DNA of 64,000 nt from Lama guanicoe (Eukaryota), in assembly GCA_013239625.1 (NCBI GenBank), contig MU056277.1, positions 2,024,076 to 2,088,075 on the forward strand, written 5' to 3'. The notes under the pieces are model-generated. The model made no database searches. It had not been told where the DNA came from and saw only the letters and a program-made list of their open reading frames with translations. Positions within the stretch are counted from its first letter, which is position 1. The number at the start of each line of letters is the position of its first letter. Shown here piece after piece: positions 1 to 12,518 of this stretch. The translations under genes were made by a program, and so were the position numbers.

Positions 1-496
1 CTCCCCTTGAGCGGGGAGCGCGCACGTAGCCCTAACGCGTGTGAGGCGCAGAAATCGCAGGACGGATGCTTCCCGTCAGCTCCTGTGAACGCAGAGGACA
101 ACCCGATGTTCCCGCCCGGCGTCTCAGCAGATCCTTTCCTGGTTTGGGGTCGGTCGGCCAGGCCCTCTGTGTCCTCACCCCTCCCTGGTCCTGCAGCCTC
201 ACTCGCATCCTTGCTGGAGAGAAGGCAGAAGTGACAGGGTGACAGGAGGAGGGGCGCCGGGAGCCAGTTCCTGACGTTCCCTCGAGGTTCGGGGCTCGTC
301 GGAGCGAGGCTCTGGGGTGACCCGTAGGTGTGATGTTTCCGACTTTGCGTGTTGACTGCTCTGTTGGCGTCTCCCTCATAACGGTCTCAGCACTGATACC
401 TTGGTTTTTGTTCTTTAACGAAAGCATAATTTGAAAAATAATTCATTCTCCCCCAGAGTGTGATTACATTAAACTCTTTTCCCCCTTGTTTTTTAG

Positions 497-600
497 GAGA
501 AATTTATCTGTTTTGCAAAGGAGCAGATTCTTCAATATTTCCCCGAGTGATAGAAGGCAAAGTGGAGCAGATCCGATCGCGAGTGGAGCACAACGCGGTG
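497..600 (+). CDS. ATP11A: ATP11A coding exon (approx. human exon 17), N-domain, (G)EIYLFCKGADSSIFPRVIEGKVEQIRSRVEHNAV
   Basis: ttttag acceptor, gtgagc donor, 104 nt, phase 1 to 0; P4-ATPase LFCKGAD motif. Confidence 0.95.
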
Positions 601-879
601 GTGAGCGCGGCCGGGCGGCCTGGGGCCCTTCTTCCTCGCGGGGAGGGACGCTTCTGCCGGGCGGGCGGGCGTCAGGACGGGCGCCGCCTTCCTTGGACAT
701 TTGGCTTGTTCCCGTCCTGCTGTGGGAGCTGGGTTGCCGTTGGGGCTCCAGGGTCAGGATGACAAGCACCTCGTGGGATGGCCTTTGCCCTGAGGGTTCC
801 TGGTGACCGGCGCTCGCCCTTTACGCCGTGACTCCACCTGCTTGGTTTCCTTCTCGCGCTTCGTTCTGAAGCGCGCGCT

Positions 880-2790
880 CGGTCTGTCCCGGGTGCATCG
901 TGTTCCTGCATCACCAGAGCTTCATGCCACTGCGTGGCTGAATCGCATTCCGTCGTGTGGACACTGTGTGTGTGCCACGCGGTTGTCCACCCTCGTTGAG
1001 GGACTCGGGCCGTGTCCACCTTTGGCCACTGGGAGTGACGCCCGTGCGCAGGTGCGCCTGTGTCCGAGTCCCTGACTTCCTTCGATCGTGTGCTGAGGAG
1101 TGGGACGGCTGGGTCACCTGGTGATTCTAACATGTGTAGCTTTTCCAGGAGATGCCGGGCTGTTCTGTGGTGCCAGGCCGCAGTGGCTGCACCGTCCCCC
1201 AGCGGTGCACGAGGGTTTCAGTTTCTCTGCACCCTCACCGACACCTGCTGTTCCCCATTTGTGTTGTGACGGCCACCCTAGTAGGTGTGAGGCGGCACCT
1301 CGTGGGTGGTGGTGGCGTTTCCCTGATGACCGAGGACGCTGAGCAGCCTTCCCTGCGCACACTGACCGTTTGTGCATCTTCCCCGCAGGGGTGTTTGGTC
1401 GAGCTTTTTGCACAATTTGTAAATCAGGGTTTTTTCCTTGTTGAATTGTAGGAGCTCTTTATAGACTGTGAATGCCAACACCGCATCAGATGTGTGATTT
1501 GCCCCATTTCCTCCCAGGCCGTAGGCTGCGCCGACGCTGCAGATCGCCCTGGGTCGTGCTGTCCCGGGAGTATGAGGTCTCGCAGGCCTGCACACAGCAC
1601 GCCTGTCCGCTGGCTTGGGTCTTCTGTGCTTTCTTTCAGCAGAGTGTTGCCATTTTCGGTCTGCAGGTCTTCACCTCCCTGGTTTAATTCGTGCTTGGCT
1701 GCTCTATTCTTTTTGGTGCCTTTGTGAGTGGAATTGTTTTCTTACCTTCCTTTTTGGATGGTTCAGTTAGTGTATAGGAACACAGCCATGTCTGTGTTGA
1801 CCTGCCGTTCTGCGCGGCGTGGCTTCACACACAGTCTCCTGTACTGAACGCAGCCGTTCGTTCCAGCCGTGTGCGTGTGCGTGCGCGCGTGTGGTGTACC
1901 TGGAGTCGTCAGGGTTTCTACGTATAAGGTCGTGTCACCTGTGAGCAGAGGTGACTTCGTTTCTTCCTTTCTGCTTTGGACACCTTTGTTGTTCTTGCCT
2001 AACTGCCCTGGTGAAGATTTCAGCACCACGTTGAATACGGGCGGCAAAGGTAGGCGGGCAAGTCTGGATCCTGATCTCGAGGGAAAGCCTTCGGTCTCTC
2101 GCCACCGGGTGTGACGCTGGTCTGAGCCTTTCGTGTGTGGCTTTTATCAGGTTGAGCAAGTTCCTTCTGTTCCTAGTTTATTGAGTGGTTTTACCATGAA
2201 AAGTTGTTGGGTTTTGTCAGTTTTGGTTTTTTTTTTTTGCATCAACTGAAATGATCGTGGGAGACTTTCTCCTTGTTCTTTCGATGTCGGGTGTTCCTTC
2301 ATTGACGGTCGTGCACTGAGCCGCCCTCAGATTTATGGGGTGAACCCCACTTGGCTGTGGTATGAAATCCTTTGGCTACGCTGTTGAATTCAGTTTACTG
2401 GTATTCAGTTGAGGATGTCCGTGTCTCTGTTCGTGAAGGACAGTGTTGTGCATTTTCTTTTCCTGCAGCGTGTCTGTCTGGCTCTGTCTGCACGGTGTCG
2501 GTTCACACGGTCTCCAGGGTTTTCGTAGCGCTTTGGAGGAACAGAGAGCGCATTTCTACCCCACGTCTCCCCACAAGGGGACGCCCGTATCCACTTGGGA
2601 GCACAGTCCCATTTCTGAAGGTTCTGCTGACTGCTGACCCCACGTCTCCGCTGCGACAGCTCTGAGTCACTGTCCTTTTCTGGTGCAGGTTTTCTGGTGT
2701 GAGAACGAAGCCATACATCCCGTGTCTGTTGCTTCTTCGGGGAAGTCAGAGAACTTGTTCTGCGATTTGAGTTTAATGTCTCTAACTTGA
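880..2790 (-). mobile_element. Old L1 (L1M-type) 3'UTR/ORF2 remnant
   Basis: antisense L1 phrases such as ggagtgggacggctgggtca, ttccttctgttcctagtttattgag and tttgcatcaactgaaatgatc; no intact ORF; boundaries approximate. Confidence 0.8.
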
Positions 2791-4077
2791 TCACGTGGGT
2801 GCTTCTGTACAGTTTGAACCGTTTACCGTTTCAGCAGAAGTTACTGAGTTGTGACCATGTGCCAGGGACTCGGGGGCGACTTGAGACCCTGTGCCGGCAG
2901 CCTGAGCTCTGCCCCCCGGAGCAGCAGGCCATGGTGAGGAGGGGGGACAGAAAACCAGGAGGCAGCATAGGAGTGGGGAGAGGCCCTCGCGGGGCACGGC
3001 ATCCCTGAGCTTCCAGAGCTCAGGTTCGTGGAGAGAGACCGCGGGGCTGCGGGCTTGGCCCGCTCTGACCGGGAGGTGGTGTCTGGACGGTGGGGGGTAG
3101 AGAGGCTCCTGGGGGTCCCCCAGCCACAGATGCTGCCGCAGTCCGGCTCCTTCCTGGCTCGTGCCTCCTCCCCTCAGGCTCCTGGAAGCTCCGGGGACAG
3201 CAGGAGCCGTTAACCCAGCCGTGGCCATGTCCCTCGGCTGAGCTTGGAGGTCCGAGGTGGGTGGTAGGGGTGACGTGCTCCGAGAGTCAAAGGAGATTAG
3301 CGTTCCTATCATGGAGAAGCTGCCTGAACTCTTGAGAGCCAGTATTCTCCCAGAGTTCAGACTGACAACATAGGAGACCCTGGCTCATGCCCCAGGGTCG
3401 GTGGAGTCAGGCTGAAGAAACAGGGACGCAGAGGGGTCTCGCCCAGACGGTCAGTCAGGGCTCCGTGGCGGTGGCTTCATCCTGATCGGGAGGAACTGTC
3501 CGCTGATGGAGTGAAGGTGCCCCGTGCGGCCCCTCCGGGCTCCAGGGGGCCAGCGCCCCACGCCCCGCTGGCTGGTGGGCTGCGTGCTCTGCGGTGACAC
3601 CCTGAACTGTGATCTCAGTAGAGGCTGAGCCCCTCTTAGGTTCTTATTTCACTCCCCTGTGAACCCATTCAGTGTGATAATGACCCCGTGGCTTTCCTTC
3701 CGTGGGCGCCAAACAAGGTCAAGCTTGCACAAACTTCCCACCTAGAACACGTCACTTTAAAGCTACCACTTGGCATTCACTCTAAATTGCAAACTGCTGT
3801 GCTCGAGAGGTTGACTTCTTTATTTGTCAAAATACGAGAACGAAGCCTTATCTTTCAAGGGCCCTGCTTTGTGCTATTTATTCCCATGCTCCCTGGTTTG
3901 AAAATTGTATAACCTGTGATGATTGTCTGTGCTTAACGTGGATGTGGGTGATTCCGTCGTAAATGACCAGCCTTGGGGTGGGCTGGTTTGTAGTCCTCGG
4001 CTTCATCACTCTAAGCGGAAGGGGGACACGGAGGAAGCTGCTGACGGGGGTCAACGGTGCTACTCCGTGTCCTGCAG

Positions 4078-4259
4078 GAGGGGCTCCGGACCCTGTGTGT
4101 CGCCTACAGGAGGCTCACCCAGGAGGAGCACGAGGGCGTCTGCAAGCTGCTGCAGGCCGCGCGGGTGGCCCTTCAGGACCGGGAGAGGAAGTTAGCGGAA
4201 GCCTACGAGCAGGTAGAGAAGGACCTCGTGCTGCTTGGCGCTACGGCCGTGGAGGACCG
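4078..4259 (+). CDS. ATP11A: ATP11A coding exon (approx. exon 18), EGLRTLCVAY...LLGATAVEDR
   Basis: cctgcag / gtaagc, 182 nt, phase 0 to 2; GLRTL and GATAVED motifs. Confidence 0.96.
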
Positions 4260-6365
4260 GTAAGCAGGCGCTCGGCCTGGCGTGATATGACAGCAGTGGC
4301 CGCAGGAGACGCTGTCACCGCACCCGAGGTGCCGCGCTTCTGCGTCAGGGCCAGGCGGGCTGTCTGGCCGCCTTGGGCAACATCCCCGGGGTCGGGCCGG
4401 GTGCCCTTTGACTTCCCGTGAACCAGAGGCCTGAAGGTCATGCTTTCCCACGAGAAACCAGAAACGTTCACCCCGTGTTAGGAACGGTCGAGGCACAGGG
4501 GTGTTTTTTCAATTATTCCTTGGAGTGGAATCACTCATGCTGTTCCCGAATTAGTGGCGAGCTCTTTTCAAACACAGGTGTGAACATTTTAGATCTTAAC
4601 GTTCTCAGTGTATCTGTCATCATTCACTGGGGAAATTTAAAATGATGAGGCCAAATATTGCAAAATCTGACAGTGGTGGCTGTCAGATTACCGACGGCGG
4701 ATGGTCAGAAACCCCCAAGGAAGGAGCCAGTCTGCCCTAATTCTGCAGCGAGGCCTGGAAGCGGCCGCCTGCGCCCCGTGCTGCCCTGAGAGCAGGCTGA
4801 ACGGGACAGGCTGCCGTCGTGCTGAAGGAAAGAAGAAAACACCCGGGTTTTAAAACCTTCCGGAGGCCGCTGGGCGCTAGCTAGCTTCCCACGGCGTGGC
4901 AGCTGCCGGGCCTGTGCTGGCCCGAGATTCGAGTCCTGGCCTCAGAGTCCGGCTTTTCCGAGCCGCTGATCAGCACTCCCTGGGGCCTCCACCTCGTTAG
5001 AGGGCTGGTTGGTTGGCTGTGTTCGTGTTGCGTCCCGCCCCCTCCAGGCTCAGAGCGGGAACGCGGGTGTGGAAGCACGGCCCCCGCGCAGGACAGGCCA
5101 CAGAGGGCCGGCTGTCGGTGCCAGGAGAGCGTTCAGAGCGTGGCGCCGACCTGGGGCGGCGGGGCTGGTCCCTGATGGGGGAGGGGGGCGAAGGCTCTTA
5201 CAGGCGGAGGGACCCTCACCCGCTGAGCTGGGGCCCCACTGGGGTCGTGGGAACAGGGGCCTGGCGGCTCTGAGAGAAGACCCCCGGACGCGGGCGAGAG
5301 TGGCTCTGAAGTGATGATACTTGATTATAAACTATTCCTTTAGAATCTCTAGCTGGCATCTTTGCAGGCCGCTCTGTGCCTCAGTTTCTTTTTTCCAAAG
5401 AATTATGGAATTAGAGATGGTTTTTTCTGTCTCTGGACCAGAACGATTGCATGATCTCCAGACCTTACCTGGGAAGTTTATCCCAGACTGGAACCGGATC
5501 ATTCCAGTTAGAATCCGAATCTCTTCCTTTCACTCAGCACTGGACAGAAACACGGCCCTCTACTTCACACAGGCGTTTTTTTTTCACTTCAAAAGTGAAG
5601 ACTCTAAAATCTAGAGACAGTGGAAGGCCCCCAGAATGAGGCAGGCGTGGTTTTGATGCCGGATTCCCGCGGACCCCGAGACAGTCTGACAAAGGTCAAG
5701 AAAGCCGTGTCCTCACACGCGTTCTGTGGCCTCTGCAGCTTTGGGTTTTCCCCACGCAGAATGGAGGCCATGACAGTCCTCACCCGGTAAAGTTTGGCAA
5801 AGACGAGACATCACAGGCAGGTGCGTCACGCGGCCTGTGACGCCTGGTGAGCCTGTGACAGGTGAGCCAGTCGCAGAACCAGGACTAGCGTTGTCCGTGT
5901 TCCACGTTCTGTGGAGAACCTGGGCTCCAGTTTGGTAAATGGCAAAGTGAGAGCAGCTTATGCCCAAAGAACAGGGGATGAATCGCACCTCTTGTCCAGA
6001 CCCTGTTCCCCCATTTCCCCCTTTTCCTGGTTGATGGTGATGATAGCCCCTCTTACAATTGAGTAAAATCCTGTCTGAGTAGCCAGTCCAGCCAGACGGA
6101 AAACCATGTGCTCAGCCAACGTCCCTTGTGTGAAATGCCATTTGCTTCCTGGTGTTTCCTCCGTGCTGACGACGTGGTGTGAGGAAAGGACTTGCTGGAA
6201 GGAGGAAACCCGGAGCTGTGGAAACAGCTCCCGGTCCTTCGCAGCAGGATCACGAGCGGTGCCAGGTGCTTCTTAACTTGCGGGGAGAAAACTGCCCACA
6301 GGTGGGCAGCTCAGGAGTCCCTGAGATCCCACGTCCGCACTGACGGGCGCGTGCTGTGCCCCCAG

Positions 6366-6617
6366 GCTGCAGGAGAAGGCGGCCGACACCATCGAGGCGC
6401 TGCAGAAGGCGGGCATCAAGGTGTGGGTGCTCACGGGTGACAAGATGGAGACGGCGGCCGCCACCTGCTACGCCTGCAAGCTGTTCCGGAGGGGCACGCA
6501 GCTGCTGGAGCTCACCACCAAGAAGCTGGAGGAGCAGAACCTGCATGACGTGCTGTTCGAGCTGAGCAAGACGGTCCTCCGCTGCGGCGCGAGCCTGACC
6601 AGGGACAGCTTCTCGGG
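6366..6617 (+). CDS. ATP11A: ATP11A coding exon (approx. exon 19), [30 protein letters not shown]...RDSFSG
   Basis: cccag / gtaggc, 252 nt, phase 2 to 2; P-domain TGD motif. Confidence 0.96.
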
Positions 6618-7590
6618 GTAGGCGGCCCCTGGCCGAGAACAGCCTTCCGTGGTCGCAGACGTGACCAGAGCTGCTTCTCTTTGGCCCCTGTGACATGCCT
6701 TTTGCACGAGGGGCGTGTGCGTGTGCGCTGTGTCCACTTCCAGACTGCCGGCTGAAGGATGCAAAGGCTTGACTCGTTGATTTACCAAGTACCGTGCTTG
6801 GGACGATTCCCACCTGCTTCTGAGACCCCCGGGGTCTGTGCTGTGGGTTCCTCAGGCATCTGGAGTGGGGGGGGGAGACGCTAACGGTGCGTGGACGTCT
6901 GTCTGTGAGCCCGAGACATCTTTCCCAGGACACGCAGCAGCTGCTCGCATTTTGTCAGCACTGTGCTTGCTGGTGTTAGAGACATGTTATAAGATTAGAT
7001 TTCATTTGAATCACTTTAGGTTTTCCCTAATTTAGGTAAAGCAAAAGTAGCCCTCTAATCGTGTGCAAATTTTAAAGTACTCGTTCAGAAATCGTGCAAA
7101 GGTGTTTCCCTTCACCTGATCTGCAGAATTCCTTTTGGGGATTGGAAGTGTCCCTTGTAACTTTGAAACGCAGCAAAGAGACGCGTTTAGGCTCTGTTGT
7201 CTCCAGGTCAGGTCATCCAGGCAGAGTAGCCACAAGGTGTCAGCTGTGACGGTAGATCCTGCCCTCGGCCTCGGCCGCGGTGGCCGGGCAGTTCGGGATC
7301 AGGGACTGACCTCTGTGGGCGGCAGGACAGATGCCCCCTTCCCGCGTGGGAATGCCCCAGCTCCTGCCCAGGAGCCCACAGTCGGCACCTTTCATTCTCA
7401 CGCAGCCTAAAATGCAGTCAGGGGGTCACGTGCACTGACCCAGAGACCATACTGACAAGACAAGAAGTGCTGGCGTCTTAATCCCTGATCGGGGATCGGC
7501 AGCGTCAGCGGTTACCCCCGAAGTGTGTAGTCTTCTCAGATCTCTGGAGTTAGCTGCTGAGTCATTTCTCTGGTTTGTACAATCGAACAG

Positions 7591-7765
7591 ACTTTCAGCA
7601 GACATGCAGGACTACGGATTAATCATCGACGGAGCCGCACTGTCTCTAGTCCTGAAACCCCGGGAGGACGGAAGCTCCGGCAACTACAGGGAGCTCTTCC
7701 TGGAGATCTGCCGGAACTGCAGCGCCGTGCTCTGCTGCCGGATGGCCCCCCTGCAGAAGGCCCAG
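7591..7765 (+). CDS. ATP11A: ATP11A coding exon (approx. exon 20), [14 protein letters not shown]...[14 protein letters not shown]
   Basis: gaacag / gtccgg, 175 nt, phase 2 to 0; CCRxxPxQKA motif. Confidence 0.95.
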
Positions 7766-7984
7766 GTCCGGGAGCCGCCACTCCGCCAGGGGTCAGGGCG
7801 TCTGGATGTGGAGAACCCTTCGTTTGTTCTTACAGCCTCTGATTTTTTTTTTTGAAATCTAGCAAAGTGCCATCTTTTTTAAATAGAAGCAAAAATGATA
7901 GAAAGTTATTTTATTTTTTAAATATTTATTCTCAGCCCGTTTTTTTAAATGAAGAGGTTTTCTTTAAACTTTTTTTTGTACTAA

Positions 7985-8128
7985 TTTTTTTGTTTGTTGC
8001 TGGGTATTTTTTGATAGCAGGAGGGCATTAGGTTTATTTATTAAGTTTTTTAATGGAGGTGCTGGTCCAGGACCTCACACGTGCTAAAGAAGCGTGCTGT
8101 GTACCATTGAGCTCTACCCTCCCCCTCC
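7985..8128 (-). mobile_element. tRNA-derived SINE, Vic-1-like (camelid)
   Basis: reverse complement reads ggggagggtagagctcaatggt...gaggtcctgg...acctccattaaaaaa...aataaacctaat. Confidence 0.7.
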
Positions 8129-8245
8129 AAGAAATTTACACCCGCGACTTACTCAGCCTGTTGTGGTTAGTAAGTGTTGACTGAATCAAATTTGTTGCAA
8201 GAAATAAAACCGAGAAGATCATTTCTGCATTTACTTCTTTTCCAG

Positions 8246-8348
8246 ATCGTTAAGTTGATCAAATTTTCAAAAGAGCATCCTATCACTCTGGCCATCGGTG
8301 ACGGAGCCAACGATGTCAGCATGATCCTGGAGGCCCACGTGGGCATCG
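8246..8348 (+). CDS. ATP11A: ATP11A coding exon (approx. exon 21), [34 protein letters not shown]
   Basis: ttccag / gtgagc, 103 nt, phase 0 to 1; GDGAND hinge motif. Confidence 0.97.
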
Positions 8349-8464
8349 GTGAGCCCCCCAGTTCTGCTTCTCGGCAAAAGAAGCAAAACTGGTGACCTGG
8401 TGACTCAGCTGGACGAGAAGGGACACAGCCCAGGCTCAGCCGTAGAGTTCAGTTCCTTCCCTGG

Positions 8465-8725
8465 TTTTTAAACTGAAGCGCAGTCAGTCTGTGGCATGCT
8501 GCTGTCTGGTGGACGGCGTGGTGATTCGGCCACGCGCACGTGTTCCTTCCACAGTCTCCTGCATTGTAGGCAGTTCAGGACACTGAGCGTAGTTCCCTGT
8601 GCTGCCCAGTGGGACACTGTTGTTTATCTAGTTGATGTACAGTCGTGTGTGTCTGCAAATCCCAAACTCCCAGTCTATCCGTCCACCCCCGCCGTCCCCC
8701 CCCAGTAACCGTGCTTGTTTTCTGT
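8465..8725 (-). mobile_element. L1 3' end (cetartiodactyl type), diverged
   Basis: gtagttccctgtgctg...ttgtttatctagtt...tctgcaaatcccaaactcccagtctatcc; homologous to 31785-32060. Confidence 0.7.
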
Positions 8726-8879
8726 TCGACCGCAGAACTCAGACGGCAAACTTGGGAGCCCTGTCTGTGGGGTGTCGTGGCTGGAAATGCCACGGTGGCG
8801 GTCCAGTGTCGCCTGGTCGTGCCTGCTCCCCGCGGGGTGTTGACAGGGGTTGGCTCAGCGTTGCCCTCCCTTATTGTAG

Positions 8880-9025
8880 GTGTCATCGGGAAGGAGGGTC
8901 GCCAGGCCGCCAGGAACAGTGACTACGCGATACCGAGGTTTAAGCATTTGAAGAAGATGCTGCTCGTTCACGGGCACTTTTATTACATTAGAATATCTGA
9001 GCTCGTGCAGTACTTCTTTTATAAG
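8880..9025 (+). CDS. ATP11A: ATP11A coding exon (approx. exon 22), [18 protein letters not shown]...VQYFFYK
   Basis: ttgtag / gtagga, 146 nt, phase 1 to 0; EGRQA, SDY and YFFYK(N) motifs. Confidence 0.96.
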
Positions 9026-9584
9026 GTAGGAGGCACTTCCTCCTGTCACTGTGTCAGTGCACGTGACGTGCAGGTTGAGGTGACCCGCCTGTCAGAACGC
9101 CTCGCGGCTGCAGGGGAGCTCTATCTGCAAACAGAGGCATCTGTCGGAGAGGAAGGGGTTACCCCTGCGGCATCGGGGGGAGACCCCTGAGCCTGCTCGC
9201 ACATTCCCGAAACGCACCGTGGGGGCGGGGGTCTGCGGTGGTTGAGGAAGGCCCACCTGCTGTAATTCCTTGAAGGAGTTCCTTCCACACCGTGCACATT
9301 GATTCTCCGCATTTATGCTGGCCCGACGCTCCCTCCTCCCTTGTCTTTCACGAATTTCCCCTCACGCGGTCTGTCCGCAGAGGGACCAGGCGCGACCAGC
9401 ACACAGCGCGCGAGCCGTCGGAGTGAGGCAGGTTTAAGGCCGTTGCCCGACTTCCTGTAGACCGCGGGGCGCTCGGGGCCCTTTGCGCAGATAGCCAGCC
9501 TCTCAGAGCCCGTGGCACGAGACAGGGCAGAGCTGCCTCTGGCCGTGTGTCCTTGAACTCACAGGCATGCGCCTTGTCTTTCAG

Positions 9585-9644
9585 AACGTCTGCTTCATTT
9601 TCCCTCAGTTTTTATACCAGTTCTTCTGCGGGTTTTCTCAACAG
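9585..9644 (+). CDS. ATP11A: ATP11A coding exon (approx. exon 23), [20 protein letters not shown]
   Basis: tttcag / gtgagt, 60 nt, phase 0 to 0; TM5 region; too short for the ORF track. Confidence 0.94.
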
Positions 9645-10087
9645 GTGAGTCCTGATGTCTGAAATCAGAGCTCGCCTGGGTCTGGGTGGACGGCGGGGCG
9701 TGCAGGCTGGGTCATTAGAGCAACCGGGATCGGGGGAAACTGAGGCTTGAAGGTGGACATCAGATTTGCAAAATTTTATGCAGCGTTTTGTTGCCACACA
9801 TTTGCGACAACAGGATGGGGCAGGTTGGCCGTGATTCCAGTCCTGACCAGCCGACCTTGTGACGCTTTGGAGAGCGTCCTGGTCCTTCTGTATCTGTGGA
9901 AAAGGGGCCCTGTATCCGTTTCAGGATGCGCGTGTGTGTGAGGCTTAGCAGATTACAAACACACGCGTGTGTGTTCAAACAAACGGCCCAAACAGCCGGT
10001 CCAGCCACGCAGCGCCATCCTCACGCGCCCCCCCCCCCGCAGACGCTGTACGACACTGCCTAACGCCCGCGCCCCCCCCCCCCGCAG

Positions 10088-10215
10088 ACGCTGTACGACA
10101 CTGCCTACCTGACGCTGTACAACATCAGCTTCACGTCCCTGCCCATCCTGCTCTACAGCCTCATGGAGCAACACGTCGGCGTGGACACGCTCAGGAGGGA
10201 CCCTTCGCTCTACAG
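10088..10215 (+). CDS. ATP11A: ATP11A coding exon (approx. exon 24), [30 protein letters not shown]...DPSLYR
   Basis: ccgcag / gtgcgt, 128 nt, phase 0 to 2; YNxxFTSLP (TM6) motif; acceptor duplicated 45 nt upstream. Confidence 0.93.
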
Positions 10216-10644
10216 GTGCGTGGGCAGCCCTGCCGCAGCCCCTTGCACTCAAGATGTCCGGTGTCCGCTGGTCCACTTGCTTCCACAGGAAGTTCTGCAG
10301 GCAGGAAGCAACGTGGTCTAAGTGGATGTCCTTCAAATGTAGACAGGATTCACGTTGAAACGGACATATTAGACCAGTTCACATTTTGCCTTGCTTGGGG
10401 GCAGTTACGAAAGAGCGGGGTCGGGTCCTGGCCCCTGTGACCCTGGGGCTCTGGGGCCTGAAGCGCCCTCGGGGAGCCCAACGTCTTCTACTCAGTGAGA
10501 AAAGAGAGGCGTTAACATGTGACCACGGGGTGTGCCCTTTTCTGCCAAAGAGGAGTTTTAGGAAGGAGGAAAAGACTTTGCTGCCATTTCAGATGCTCCC
10601 CAGCATCTGTGGCTGATTCAGCACATTACTGTTCGGGGTGGCTT

Positions 10645-10960
10645 TTTAAATTAAACGCAGTATTTTGAGAAAATTTTAGATGCACATGTGGTCGTGAGAC
10701 GTAGTAGAGAGATTCTGTGACCCTTTATCTAGGGCCCTGGTGGTGACGTCTGTGAGCCGCAGGGCGGTGTCACAGCCAGGGCACCGACACCCCACCCATC
10801 GGACCCGAGTTTCCCCAGGTTTACGGCCCTTGCCCGTGTGTGCACGCGTGTCTGTGCGTTTGATCCTGTGCAGGCTTCTCACCTGTGTGGATCCTGTGCC
10901 CACGCAGTCAAGGCTGCCCACCAGCCTCGTGGCCTCACTAGAAGAATCAGCCATTAGCTG
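10645..10960 (-). mobile_element. Old L1 (L1MC/ME-like) 3' end fragment
   Basis: tattttgagaaaattttagatgcacatg...gagagattctgtgaccctttatc pattern. Confidence 0.5.
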
Positions 10961-11929
10961 GGATCTTGAAGTGATGCCCAAGATAAGCACTGCAGGCGAG
11001 AAAAAGGCAAACTGCCCAGGAACCTAGAGGACGACACGCTGCGTTAGACACACACCCAGCAGGAGTCCCATGGGTTCTCTTACTGAGTGGCAGGTGTACG
11101 ACATCCCTGCGCAAACGTGCGGCCTCACGCGGGAGGCCTGCGGTCCTGGCCTCAGTGAACACCAGCCCGGGCCTTGTGGCCCATGTCCTTACTTTCAGAA
11201 GCACAAGTGTGAGCTCTGGCACTTTCTGTTTGTGTAGTGAGATCACCGTCCAGTTTGAGGGAGAAAATGTTCTAACAGAAATCCTCAGGAGCACCCATTG
11301 TGGTGAAGTGCTCGGTCTGGAACACGTTTTGCACTTGCTGCCAGGGAGCTCAACCCAAAGTGTGGTCCTTCCCCGTCTGTCACATGGGGACGTGGTCCTC
11401 TCACCATCGTGCCATGTCTGCCCACTTCCCATCATGCTTGAGTCTCCTTCCGGGTTGTACTGGAAGCTGTTCCGAAGCCTTTTGGGGACCAGATGTGGCA
11501 CTGAGTGAAGCGCACAGAGCAGAAAGTGTGATGTGGGGAATGTGCGGTGGTGTGAGCCCTGAGGAGACTCCCCTTGGGATCCTGCAGGCTCAGTGGGGCC
11601 AGAGGGCATGCCTGGCCCCGAGGATGGGTGGAGATGGGGATCAGGCCGAGATGTGGACAGACGGGGCGTGGGGCGAGCCGCGTGGGAGATCAGGAGCTGA
11701 GATGCTTGGCCAGCTCCTCCAGGACTGAGCCCATGTCAGTCGGCGCCCCCGATGGCCCCAGCAGAGCCTCCTCCAGGGGTCCTGGCCCCCCCATCCCCGC
11801 CCCCCCATGGCTCTGCCCCTTGGGGTCTCAGGGAGTCGGGCTGCCTGGAGGCGGGCAGTCACTGCAGGGCTGCTGTGTAGGGCGCGTCTGTGTGGACGTG
11901 ACCACGGGTCCCACCTTCTCCTCTTGCAG

Positions 11930-12065
11930 AGACATCGCCAAGAACGCTCTCCTCCGCTGGCGGGTGTTCGTTTACTGGACGTTCCTGGGCGTGTTCGATG
12001 CTCTGGTGTTTTTCTTCGGTGCTTACTTCATGTTTGAAAACACAACAGTGACCAGCAACGGACAG
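11930..12065 (+). CDS. ATP11A: ATP11A coding exon (approx. exon 25), DIAKNALLRWRVFVYWTFLGVFDALVFFFGAYFMFENTTVTSNGQ
   Basis: ttgcag / gtcagt, 136 nt, phase 2 to 0; TM7. Confidence 0.95.
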
Positions 12066-12494
12066 GTCAGTACAGAACTGGGTCTCGCTGGCGTGGGGGA
12101 TGAAGCTTGAGTCCAGTGTGGTCGCTGGGCTGTGAGGTCTCGCAGAGCCGCCCACGGGCCTGGAGTCGGGGTGCCACCCCCAGGTCGCAGTCAGGGACGA
12201 GGTGACACTGCAGCCCACACCCTCCCCGAGGGCCCCGGACTCCTTTCTGGTAGCCTGCTTCGCCCTGGGCTGTTAGCGCAGAGGCGCAGTTCGGTCACCC
12301 AGGCACAGCGTGTGTCGCGTGGGGGTTAACTCCGTGCTCAGCGCACTTCGGTGCTCCCCACGCCCGTGAGCGCGTGTGCCCTCTGCAGCGGGTGACTGGC
12401 TCTGGGCCTTCGGCTCCGGTGGGCCGCACGGGCCTGGGAGCTGCTTTATCTGTATCTTGCTTTCTCTCCTCTTGCCATCGCCTCCCTCCCTCAG

Positions 12495-12518
12495 ATAACG
12501 GCCGCCAGCACACACGTG
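12495..12518 (+). CDS. ATP11A: Candidate 24-nt alternative microexon of ATP11A (ITAASTHV)
   Basis: long pyrimidine tract ending ccctcag, donor GTG|gtaaga, frame-preserving in a phase-0 intron, no stop. Confidence 0.6.

Noticed and set aside
6250-6933. 227-aa antisense ORF over an ATP11A exon
   Set aside because: Expected shadow of high-GC3 codon usage on the sense strand
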